A DNA stretch of 17,509 nt from an uncultured Gemmatimonadales bacterium (GTDB lineage Bacteria > Gemmatimonadota > Gemmatimonadetes > Longimicrobiales > RSA9), in contig CAWAMW010000010.1 in the NCBI GenBank assembly GCA_963783305.1, forward strand, positions 1 through 17,509. Reading direction: 5' to 3'. The notes under the pieces are model-generated. The model was not told where the DNA came from. It was given only the letters and a program-made list of their open reading frames with translations, and searched no databases. The translations under genes and the position numbers were made by a program. The stretch's first letter is position 1. The number at the start of each line of letters is the position of its first letter. This document shows positions 1 to 8,811 of this stretch, piece by piece.

Positions 1-112
1 CGCTCGCCTCGGTGGATCAATGTCCCTCCACCCGCGGCGAGTTGTCCCCGCCCAGCGGCCACGCTACTCTGGGGCGGTCCAGCGCCGTTACCTCGCTCCC
101 GATGCTGTCTCC

Positions 113-1291
113 ATGGCCCAACGCCTCGGCTACCTCTCCCCCTCCCTCCGGGTGTCCACGCGACCGGGTGCGGAGACGGGCGGGCCCCGAACCCACATCC
201 TGGGGACCATTGCGGGGTTCGAGGCGAACGGATGGACGGTGGAGCCGTTCATCACGGGCGATCGGCTGCCGAGGGCGGTGAGCGGCCGGGGGTCGGGCGA
301 GCGGATCACGGGCGGGCTCCCCCGTCGGCTGGCGGCGGATCTGGCTCGTATGGTCGTCGGGGCCCGGTACGGGAGGATGGCGTTCCGCGAACTGCGCGGG
401 CGCGTGGACTGGGTGTACGAGCGGTTCGCCACGCTCCAGACGTATGGCCGGCGGTTCAAGCGATCCGGCGTCCCATGGATCCTGGAAGTGAACGGGCCGT
501 TCTTCTACGAGGCCATGCACGAGCGGAAGAGCCTGGCGCTCGGCGCCCTCGCCCGGCGAGTGGAGGTGGCCGCCTACAGGGATTGCGACGTGCTGGTGGC
601 GGTCTCGACGGCGCTCCGTGACTTCATCGTGGACGAAACGGCCGCGCCCCCCGGTAAGATCCTGGTGCTGCCGAACGGCGTGGACACCACCTTCTTCGAT
701 CCGGCGGCCGTGGAACCGGTCCGCCTCTTCGACGGCCTCACGCTGGGCTTCGTGGGCGGGCTCGAGCCGTGGCAGGCGCTGGACCGGCTCTTCGAAGCCC
801 TGGCCGACCTCCGCGCGGAGGAGCCGCCGATCCACGTCGTGGTGGTGGGAGATGGGGCGATGCGCGGGCGGTGGGAGGCACGGTCGGCCGAGCTGGGGCT
901 GGCGGATCGCGTGGTCTTCGCGGGACGCGTGGAGCGGGAGGCGGTCCGTGCGTACATGGCCGGTTTCGATGTCGGCTACTCCGGCCAGGCCCGCATGGCC
1001 ATCGGCAGCATGTACCACTCGCCGCTGAAGCTGTACGAGTACATGGCCATGGAGGTACCCGTTCTCGCGGCGAGACACGCCGACGCGGACGCGGTGATCC
1101 GCGATGGGCAGACGGGCTTCCTCTTCGAGTCGGAGGACCCCCGCAGCCTGCGGGACGCGCTCCGGCGGGTGGTGCGGGCGAGGGCGGCGCTGTCTTCCAT
1201 GGGACGGGAGGCGCGGGGCGTCGTCCGGCGGGAGCACGGCTGGGACCGCCGTGTGGCGGAGCTGGTGGACGGGGTGCGGGATCGCCTCTAA
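113..1291 (+). CDS. Glycosyltransferase family 4 (GT-B fold)
   Basis: N-terminal RLGYLS...GGPRTHI, LEVNG, VAVS, LPNGVD, GFVGGLEPWQ, VVVGDG, SPLKLYEYMAMEVPV and IRDGQTGFLF motifs. ATG at 113 best fits a GT4 N-terminus, though the ORF is open from 20. TAA at 1289-1291. Confidence 0.92.
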   Translation: MAQRLGYLSPSLRVSTRPGAETGGPRTHILGTIAGFEANGWTVEPFITGDRLPRAVSGRGSGERITGGLPRRLAADLARMVVGARYGRMAFRELRGRVDWVYERFATLQTYGRRFKRSGVPWILEVNGPFFYEAMHERKSLALGALARRVEVAAYRDCDVLVAVSTALRDFIVDETAAPPGKILVLPNGVDTTFFDPAAVEPVRLFDGLTLGFVGGLEPWQALDRLFEALADLRAEEPPIHVVVVGDGAMRGRWEARSAELGLADRVVFAGRVEREAVRAYMAGFDVGYSGQARMAIGSMYHSPLKLYEYMAMEVPVLAARHADADAVIRDGQTGFLFESEDPRSLRDALRRVVRARAALSSMGREARGVVRREHGWDRRVAELVDGVRDRL

Positions 1292-2080
1292 CCGCCGCGG
1301 ATCCGGTTCCGGATGTCGCGGGCAGCGTGCGGGAGGAGCGTCCACGGCTCCAGCAGGTACCGCTTCCAGAGACGACCCGGCTCCGCCAGCAACCGGCCCA
1401 GCCACTCCAGCCCCCACCGCCCCGTCCACCGGGGTGGCGTGGCCATGGTACCCGCAAAATACTCAATGGTCGCCCCGCAGGTCAGGATCGCTGGCGTGTC
1501 AAGCCGCTCGGCGGTTTCGAGCACCCACCGCTCCTGCCTGGGCATGCCCATTCCCACGATAAGAATGTCCGGGTTCCAGTCGTTAATATCCGTCACCACT
1601 GCGTCATTTTCAGCATCGAATTGAAATATCCGTGATGGGTGCGAAGCTGGAGGTCGGGTAGGCGCTCCCTGAATACCGCGGCGCCGCACTCCGCCACGCC
1701 CGGCCCCGCCCCGAGGTAGTAGACCCGCCACTCTTGCTCCGCCGCTTTCGCGAGGAGGGGGGGAGCCAGTCTACACCGGTAAGCCGATCATCGCGTCGGA
1801 GCGGGTAGCCCAGAAGCTTTCCCCAGAGGACCAGAGAGAGCCCATCTATCAGGACGTGGGAGCGGTCGTGGAGCGCCCGGAACGACGACTCGCGGTGGTA
1901 CATGCGGACCCCGTGGAGGTTCTGGTACGCAACAACAATCCGGCACCTCCCTTCGACCGCCTTTGCCACCAGCGCCTGCCACTCAGCCATTTCTCGCGCT
2001 TCCACCGGGACCCCGAGGATCCGATAGCTATACACGGGCGCCTCCGGAAGTTCGAGGTGGTCGTCGGCGAATATCTTCAT
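1288..2080 (-). CDS. WecB/TagA/CpsF family glycosyltransferase (GT26), two apparent frameshifts
   Basis: Three frames join into one typical protein: RILGVPV...NLHG...IDGLSLVLWGKLLG...RLTGVDW (2080-~1760), WRVYYLGAGPGVAE...RTHHGYF (~1757-1620), then DAENDAVV...PDILIVGMGMPRQERW...GATIEYFAG...PRW...GLEWLGRLLAEPGRLWKRYL. Shifts lie at the G7 run 1757-1763 and at ~1615-1620. Confidence 0.9.
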
Positions 2081-2247
2081 CCGCCGGGTGTGGGCTCTGG
2101 CCAGGCCCCGGAGTGTAACAGCCCTCTTTCATGTGGGCTACTTCATGAGCCGAGCCTGTTCTCGTGCCTTTCGACTCGAGACGTCCAACGCTACCTTCCC
2201 CACCGATCATACTTTTGGCCCTTCACCCCGGTTTCCCTCCCACCGTC

Positions 2248-3184
2248 ATGCACGTGGTAGTCGCAGTCGCGACCTTCAGGCGCCCGATCTGGCTCGGACA
2301 TCTCCTCGACAGCCTCGCCGAGCAGCGGCTCACGACTCACCCGGAGACGACCGTTGAGGTCGTTGTGGCCGACAACGACTCCGGGGCGAGCGCCCGACCC
2401 GTGGTGGAAGCCCGGATGGAGACCTTCCCCTGGCGCCTCCGGTACGTCGTGGAAGAGGAGCGGGGAATATCGCGGGCGAGGAACAGGTCCGTTCAGGCAG
2501 CGCTCGAGAGCTCCCCCGACTACTTCGCCTTCATCGATGACGACGAGACGGCCAGCCCCGGGTGGCTGGACGCGTTCATCGCCGCTGCGGCTCGTTCGCC
2601 GGGCTCCGTGCTGATCGGACCCGTGAACAACCGGTACGATCTGGAGAACTGGATCACCCGGGGTGGCTTCCTCGAGCGCCCCCATCACGCAGGATGGGGC
2701 CGTGCTTCGCTACGGGAACACGGGAAGCGCTTTCATTCCGGCGGCCGCCTTGCTGCGTGAGCCGGGGCCGTTCGATCACCGGTTCTCGGCCACCGGCGGC
2801 GGCGATACGCACCTCATGATGCGCCTCCAGCGACGCGGACTGACGCTTCGCTGGTGCGCTGGTGCCGTCGTGACGGAGACCGTGCCGGAGAGCCGTGCCA
2901 ACCTGCGATGGCTCCTTCAGCGGGAGTTCCGGAAAGGGAGCGGCCTGGCGCTGTGCGAGCTGGCCCTGGCCGCCGAGGAAGGGCGGCGGGCACGGCAGAC
3001 GCTCTACCGGGCCGCCCGCGGAACAGCCCGCATCGCCAAGGGTCTGGTTCTGCTCATTCCCCGGCTCGTGCAAGGGCGCGGTGGACTCGTTCGGACCACC
3101 ATGGATGTGGCGGCGGGGCTCGGAACACTGGCGGCGCTGCTCGGCGTCCGTTACGAAGAGTATCGGACGGTTCACGGGAGGTGA
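2248..3184 (+). CDS. Glycosyltransferase family 2, ExoM-like, one apparent frameshift near 2690
   Basis: MHVVVAVATFRRP, VVVADND, RGISRARN, FAFIDDDE and IGPV in the first frame; GNTG, FDHRFSATGGGDT and VVTETVPESRANLRWL in the second. The motif order matches succinoglycan ExoM-type GT2 enzymes as I recall them. Confidence 0.88.
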
Positions 3185-3949
3185 TCGGCCACCTCGTTCT
3201 CATGACGGCGTACGCTCCACGCGGCCGTTGCCAGCTCATGGATCCCGCTCGCCCAGACCTCGGCCGCTACCCGCCAGCGCGGAACGGCGGATGTGGGCGT
3301 CCCCTCCTTTGCGAGCACCGCTAGGCCTCGTCCCGTGGCCCGATCATTGGCCACGAGTGACAACCGAGGATAGTTCAGGAGCCACCGCCGAATCGTTCGC
3401 TGCTCCCGGGTCCGGTCCGCATCATCCAGCAGGATCAGCCCCCCCTCGCGCAGGGTCTCGTAAGCGGCATGGAGCGCACCATCCCGCCCGTACCCTCCCC
3501 AGGGCGCGTCCACGAAGATGAGGTCGAACGGGCCCCGATCCGCGATCTGAGCAATCTGATCATATCCGTAGTAGACCCCGCGCCTGTCCACTTTCAGACG
3601 AATGCTCGCGGGGATGAGTACCGCATTCGACATTCGGGGACTGCTCGACCAGCCCCCACTCCTCCCTGCACCATCCGGGATTCTCCTCGACGGACGTCAG
3701 CCGTCCCCCACCGATCTCTTCGAGAGCCGCCGCAATGATCCGCGAGGATATGCCCGCGCCGAACTCCAGGATCTCCGCTCGTCGTTCCTCGATCACGGCG
3801 CGAGCCAGCACTCGGGCAGTGTCGGTCGAGACCGACCACGAACTGCTTATCCCTTCTATGATGCGCTCGATCCCGGGGTCGGCGGGACCGGCGCGCCACG
3901 AGGCAGGGAGTGGGCGCTCTGGAACGGACCGGGTCAACGGAAGACTCAT
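3172..3949 (-). CDS. Class I SAM-dependent methyltransferase (Methyltransf_24-like), one apparent frameshift near 3626
   Basis: SAM motif I ILEFGAGISS and LTSVEENPGW in the 3560..4168 frame; GPFDLIFVDAP and LREGGLILLDDADR in the 3172..3633 frame. Removing one base at 3626/3627 gives NV-DAVLIP. Start is 3949 or 3976. Confidence 0.85.
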
Positions 3950-3962
3950 GCGGCGACCAGTT

Positions 3963-4757
3963 TCATTCAGTGCCATAGCCCAACCGATGCGCCATTGGGC
4001 CTGTGATCGATTGAAAGGCGCCCTCGTCCCACTCCTCCGGAACGGAGGGTTGCCGGTTCTGACTGTTCGGCTTCCGTCGAGCCACCTCGACCATGGCCTG
4101 AATGACCCTCGGGCTGTAGTCGAGGCGAAGGAAATCCAGCAGTCTCCCGAACCCCTCCGGCCCCACATTCGCCAGCATCAGGTCGTGGCTGCGTGCCGAA
4201 TCGAGCGCCTCCAGCTCGCGGATGATGACTCCGTTGATCTCTGTCCAGAGCCAGGCGATCTTCTCCATGCGTGTCTCCATGCCGGGGGGTGGCTCAAGAC
4301 GGTGGTCCTGCCAGTGGTTGCCGACATCCACGCCCAATTTCCGGCGCACGAGATCCTTGAGTAGCTCGCTCCTTGGCCTGTGATCGGGATACCAGCTGTC
4401 GCGGGCCAGGCCACTCGTCGTGAACCCGCGCGGATCTCGATGCAGGAAAACGAACCGTGCACCGAAAGCGCGGGACAGCTCGGGGATCAGGTGAGAGCAA
4501 TAGTGAGAGCTCTCCAGGTATGTGAGGCCATTCACTCCGACCTGCTCGACGAGGTCAGCCCGCTTGTTCCGTACCCGGGTTTCCGCCTGCTCGGAGGTAA
4601 GCTCTCCACGCCAGCGAAGATACGCTTCCGTGTTCAGATGGGGCTGAGGTTCATGAAAAGACAATATGCCGGGAACTTCGGCCATGGCGCGAGCCAGCAT
4701 CAGGGACCCGGCGCGCCCGGTGGACACTACGAATATGGGAGGGGGAACGGAGGCCAT
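3963..4757 (-). CDS. PAPS-dependent sulfotransferase family protein
   Basis: PIFVVSTGRAGS (5'-PSB-like loop), SFHEP, and FVFLHRDPRGFTTS (3'-PB-like motif). ATG at 4757 lies 13 nt downstream of the flippase stop. Confidence 0.8.
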   Translation of the reverse strand: MASVPPPIFVVSTGRAGSLMLARAMAEVPGILSFHEPQPHLNTEAYLRWRGELTSEQAETRVRNKRADLVEQVGVNGLTYLESSHYCSHLIPELSRAFGARFVFLHRDPRGFTTSGLARDSWYPDHRPRSELLKDLVRRKLGVDVGNHWQDHRLEPPPGMETRMEKIAWLWTEINGVIIRELEALDSARSHDLMLANVGPEGFGRLLDFLRLDYSPRVIQAMVEVARRKPNSQNRQPSVPEEWDEGAFQSITGPMAHRLGYGTE

Positions 4758-4770
4758 GGCTACCAGCCGA

Positions 4771-6300
4771 TCATCGGGTATCACGATAGAATCCACGGCC
4801 GATCCCGTGCCGCGCCGCAGCAATGCGGGCGAAAGCCCGGTTCAGCATCGCGTTGATGGCAGGATTATCGAACCTTCGAGCCTGTTGGAACAGGCCCAAC
4901 AGCGTGAGGCTGCCAAGGACCACAGCGGCAATCCCGAGCAGCACCGGCCGTGGCAGGCCGAGAGCTCGGCTGCCGCTGGCAAGGCCGAGTAGCACGAGGG
5001 CGACTCCCAGCCCGGGCACAGCTGCCCGGAGGGTCAGCCGGACGAACGGGACCAGGGGCACGGAAGCAGCTCTCGTGGCGAAGCCCGCCACGAGCAGCCA
5101 CATCGCGAACATGGCCCCTCCAACCGACCACGCAACGCCCTCGAGGCCCCACCGCGTACCGGCCCACCAGCTACCGCCCACTACGAGCACGCCATATATG
5201 ACCTGGCTCAGAAGCAATCGGTACGCCTGACCTCTCGCCCGGACGAACGCCGCCGCCGTGTTGTAGCTCATTCGGAAGACGCCGAACAGGGCGAGGATCT
5301 GCAGCAGCGGAATCGTGGCTGCCCACCTGTCGCCGTACAGCACTAGAACGATCTCCGGTGCAAGGACGGCCACACCGAGCGAGATGGGAAGTGAGACGGC
5401 CACGGAGAGAGAGAACGCGGTGAAGAATGCCCGCTGGAAGCGCTCGGCATCGCCCTGCACCTTCGACGCGGCCGGAAAGAGGACCCGTGACAGCGAATCC
5501 CCAAAGAAGCTCAGGGGCAGCTGCATGAGCGAGTAGGCCCGCGAGTAGAAGCCGAGGCTGGTCGCATCCATCAGCCGCCCCACTACGAAGTAGTCGCCCT
5601 GCCGCGCGAAGTAGTTGGCCAGGCTCGTCAGCGACATTCCCGCGCTGAACCTGAAGAGGTCGCGGATCTCCGCTCGACCCGTCAGAGGTCGTGCATCGTG
5701 CCGCACCGCAGCATAGGTGAGCGAAGTCGCGAGGACCGTCTGCACCAGGGTTCCCCCCACCAGACTCCAGTACCCGTACCCCGCCACCGCCATCACCACC
5801 GCAACGCCCCCGTACCCGATGACGCTGGCGAACAGCTCGATCCTGACGAGGACATCGAACGCCAGCCGTCGTGTCAGCAGGGCTCCGGCCGCCGTGCCGA
5901 ACCCAGTGACAGGGAACGTGAGGGAGAGCACCTGCAGGACCGGCGCGACCCTCCCGTCCCCGAAAAAGCCCGCCACCCGCTCGGCGCTCGCGAACAGCAC
6001 CACCATCATGACGGCTGAAACCAGAACAGTGAGCGTGTGGGCGACCCTCACGTGTCGTTCGGTCAGCTCCGTACGCTGAATGAGTGCCGGGCCAAAGCCG
6101 AGATTCGCCAGGGTCGAGGCGAACCCCGTAACGATGTACGCGATCCCGACAATCCCGAAATCCTCGGGGGGCAGCAGGCGCGCCAGCGCGATCCCGATCC
6201 CGAACTGCGCCACAAACCGTACGGCACTGGCCAGCACCTGCCAGTTCAGACCCGAGAGCGTCTGGCTCGAGAGGGTTTCCCCTTCGCCTTCATCGGCCAT
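4771..6300 (-). CDS. wzx: Wzx/WzxC-type polysaccharide flippase (MOP superfamily)
   Basis: About 510 aa and highly hydrophobic. LARLLPPEDFG, LGFGPALIQR, GYGYWSLV, DYFVVGRLM...LGFYSRAY, RVLFPA and LYGDRW are typical of WzxC-like flippases. ATG at 6300. Confidence 0.92.
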   Translation of the reverse strand: MADEGEGETLSSQTLSGLNWQVLASAVRFVAQFGIGIALARLLPPEDFGIVGIAYIVTGFASTLANLGFGPALIQRTELTERHVRVAHTLTVLVSAVMMVVLFASAERVAGFFGDGRVAPVLQVLSLTFPVTGFGTAAGALLTRRLAFDVLVRIELFASVIGYGGVAVVMAVAGYGYWSLVGGTLVQTVLATSLTYAAVRHDARPLTGRAEIRDLFRFSAGMSLTSLANYFARQGDYFVVGRLMDATSLGFYSRAYSLMQLPLSFFGDSLSRVLFPAASKVQGDAERFQRAFFTAFSLSVAVSLPISLGVAVLAPEIVLVLYGDRWAATIPLLQILALFGVFRMSYNTAAAFVRARGQAYRLLLSQVIYGVLVVGGSWWAGTRWGLEGVAWSVGGAMFAMWLLVAGFATRAASVPLVPFVRLTLRAAVPGLGVALVLLGLASGSRALGLPRPVLLGIAAVVLGSLTLLGLFQQARRFDNPAINAMLNRAFARIAAARHGIGRGFYRDTR

Positions 6301-6919
6301 GCGGAGATGGTGATCTACCACCAGCAGCTGCCTCGGCAATCAGAGGGAGTTGCTGCGACGGTCGACTTTCCAGCAGCCAAACGGCGTCCTGGCATCCGGA
6401 TGAGAATGGGCGCGGGTGAGGAGGCCCTCCCGTTCGGCGAGGGATCGTCAACGCGCACGTAAGCGCCCGGTGGCAGCGGCGTCAAGCTCCAGCGGCCGGC
6501 GAGCGCGCCTGAACGGTGCCGCCATGAAGCCACTGGTGGCGGGTAATTCACTCATCAAGCGAGCGCTGAGGAACGAGTCTAGAAGGCGATGTGAGCGCTG
6601 CACGCCTCAGCAGTTCGTGAGTTGCACGTTCGCAGCGGGCCCGCCTGAATGGCTGCGGTGGCCGCCGGGACACCGAGCCGCCACGCACGATAACGATGCG
6701 ACCGCTTGGCCTTACGAACGCACTGAGCCGGTAATGAGCGCGGATTCATGCTCACCATCTCCTGCGCGGCAGTCCGGGATCCAACCCATGGCACCCGGCG
6801 ATCGCCTCCTTCCGATCATACGCCATCTTAGCGTCCCCGGCGAACAGCAGTACTGGCCGAAAGAGACGTCGGTATGCGGATGCCACCCCACGAGCAGTCA
6901 GGCCCTGATCCCGGAAGTG

Positions 6920-7404
6920 CATCTCCGCCGCCTTCCCCTGGTGCAGCGCGATCCCGCCGATGAACTGCACGTCGTACGGGAGCATATCCCATACGTGGCG
7001 CGCGTGCCCGTGAACGTGATCTCCTGCCCCAGCAGACGACGCGTGGCCTCCTTCACCGTCGCGAACGCCTCCGGCAGCAGCTCGTCCAGCACCTCGCCCG
7101 TGGTGGTCTTCAGACGGTAGTCGGTCTCGTTGATCTCACGATTCAGACGGTCCCGCTCCCCCGCGTCCTCCGTCTTCCGCTTCGTCTCCCGGAGCGTCGC
7201 CAGCTCCTCCTCCAGCGCGTGCGTCCGATCCCGGATGATGCCCCGGAACTTCTCCGTCTGCGCCTTCAGCTCCTCCTCCGAAACGGACTGGAGCCGCTCC
7301 GCGTGGCCGTTGATCTCGTCGACCAGCGGCTGGAGCTACGCCACCTCCCGATCGTGACGGGTGCCGAAGAGATTGTTGAAGGTCTCCTTCAGGGTCTCGA
7401 GCAT
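6920..7404 (-). pseudogene. secA: Truncated 5' fragment of preprotein translocase SecA (~160 codons)
   Basis: Reads MLETLKETFNNLFGTRHDREVA*LQPLVDEIN...SEEELKAQTEKFR...[23 protein letters not shown]..., then after a frameshift at ~6990-7010 [24 protein letters not shown]. In-frame TAG at 7336-7338. SecA similarity ends at the AEM Met (6922-6920); the expected xTGEGKT is absent. Confidence 0.9.
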
Positions 7405-7541
7405 GTATGCGCTTCTTCTGGCTGCGGCTTCGTTTCGTGGAAAGACCAGTCGCGTCTTAGCCGCGCCCGCGGTTGGAGGTCCGAGCCGATGAGCGTAAGA
7501 CGGTGCGGAGGTGCACGCTAGAGACGGCCCGTGGCGTCCGG

Positions 7542-7571
7542 GGAGTCGTGCTGTGCGGCCGCACCGACTCC
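7542..7571. other. Imperfect intergenic inverted repeat (possible hairpin)
   Basis: GGAGTCGTGC (7542-7551) pairs with GCACCGACTCC (7561-7571) with one bulge. No U-tract on either side. Confidence 0.3.
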
Positions 7572-7647
7572 ATACCTGGCGAAGGGAGCAACTCAGGTTA
7601 AGTAGCCGGCGTCCGCAGTCTTCCAAGGGAAGTAGTGCGGTGCACTG

Positions 7648-8784
7648 CTACGACTTTCGAACTGAGATAACCGTCCTCACCACCCGTTCCAGCGTAGACT
7701 CGTTCAGATCGGATCCTGAAGGGAGGCACAGGCCGCGCTCGAAGATGTCCTCGGCCACCCTACCGCCGACGGCTTCGAAATCGCGGAAGACCGGCTGGAG
7801 GTGCATGGGCTTCCACACGGGGCGCGCCTCAATGTTCTCGGCTTCCAAAGCGAGCCGCACGGTCTCCCGATCGGCCCCGAACACCGCGGGATCGATAGTC
7901 AGCGTAGTCAGCCAGCGTGTGTGTCGGCCCCAGTCGGCCTCCGGCATGAACTCAACGCCGGGAAGGTCGCCGAGGGCATTACGATAGAAGTCGAAATTGG
8001 CGCGGCGGGCGCGAACACGATTCTCAAGGTGCTCCAGTTGGGCACGGCCGATCCCGGCCAGCACGTTGCTCATCCGGTAGTTGTACCCGATCTCCGAGTG
8101 CTGGTAGTGCGGCGCCTGGTCCCGGGCCTGCGTCGCCAGTTTGCGGGCATGGGCGATCGCCTCCTCGTCATCGGAGACAAGCATGCCGCCGCCCGAGGTC
8201 GTAATGATCTTGTTGCCGTTGAATGAGAACACGCCGAACCGACCCATCGATCCGGGAGGTCGGCCTCTGTAGGAGGAGCCCAGGGCCTCGGCAGCGTCCT
8301 CGATCACGGCCACGCCGTGTCTTTCGCATACCTCGAGGATCGGGTCCATGTCCGCGGCCTGGCCGTAGAGATGGACTGGTATAATGGCTCGGGGCGTTCG
8401 CCCCGCACGAGCCCTCGCCTCGATCGTATCCACAACGAGCCCCGGGTCCAGGTTCCAGGACCGCCGCTCTGCGTCGATGAAGACGGGCCGCGCGCCGAGG
8501 TAGCGGACCGGATAGACGCTGGCGGCGAACGTCAGGGTCGAAACGAGAACGTCGTCGCCCGGTCCCACGCCGGCGAGCCGGAGCGCCAGGTGCAGCGCCG
8601 CCGTACCCGACGTCACCGCCGCGGCGGCCCTCACTTCCACCACGGCGGCCAGTTCCGTCTCGAACGCGTCGACGTGAGGCCCGAGGGGAGCAATCCAGTT
8701 GGAATCGAAAGCCTCCGCCACACGGGCGCGCTCGGCGCCTGACATGTGGGGTGGCGAAAGGTAGACGCGATCAGGGCTCGACAT
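7648..8784 (-). CDS. DegT/DnrJ/EryC1/StrS PLP-dependent sugar aminotransferase (PglE/EpsN-like)
   Basis: VYLSPPHM, NWIAPLGPHVDAFE, SGTAALHLAL, PVHLYG, IEDAAEALG, SFNGNKIITTSGGG (PLP lysine), GYNYRMSN, RPVWKPMHLQP and GLCLPSGS. Confidence 0.95.
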   Translation of the reverse strand: MSSPDRVYLSPPHMSGAERARVAEAFDSNWIAPLGPHVDAFETELAAVVEVRAAAAVTSGTAALHLALRLAGVGPGDDVLVSTLTFAASVYPVRYLGARPVFIDAERRSWNLDPGLVVDTIEARARAGRTPRAIIPVHLYGQAADMDPILEVCERHGVAVIEDAAEALGSSYRGRPPGSMGRFGVFSFNGNKIITTSGGGMLVSDDEEAIAHARKLATQARDQAPHYQHSEIGYNYRMSNVLAGIGRAQLEHLENRVRARRANFDFYRNALGDLPGVEFMPEADWGRHTRWLTTLTIDPAVFGADRETVRLALEAENIEARPVWKPMHLQPVFRDFEAVGGRVAEDIFERGLCLPSGSDLNESTLERVVRTVISVRKS

Positions 8785-8788
8785 CGGG

Positions 8789-8794
8789 CTCCTC
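8789..8794 (-). promoter_or_regulatory. Shine-Dalgarno site of the aminotransferase
   Basis: GAGGAG on the minus strand, 4 nt upstream of the ATG at 8784. Confidence 0.6.
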
Positions 8795-8811
8795 GGTAGG
8801 GTGCAGCTAAA

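Noticed and set aside
17..1429. 470-aa antisense ORF and other long overlapping ORFs such as 769..1635 and 738..1466
   Set aside because: Shadow frames of a GC3-rich GT4 gene, rich in Arg/Pro/His/Gly and without recognisable motifs.
2170..2213. Possible sigma70 promoter for GT2 (TTCGAC...TACCTT, or CATACT)
   Set aside because: Matches to consensus are too weak to support from sequence alone.
6416..7120. 234-aa plus-strand ORF
   Set aside because: No motifs, atypical composition, and partly antisense to the secA fragment.
7336..7338. In-frame TAG in secA as stop-codon recoding (pyrrolysine or alternative code)
   Set aside because: TAG ends other genes here (1288-1290, 7648-7650, 8812-8814) and the fragment is truncated anyway.
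7542..7571. GCACCGACTC resembles the reverse complement of a tracrRNA 3' hairpin; also considered as an intrinsic terminator
   Set aside because: The match is only about 10 nt in GC-rich DNA, there are no cas genes or arrays, and no U-tract is present.
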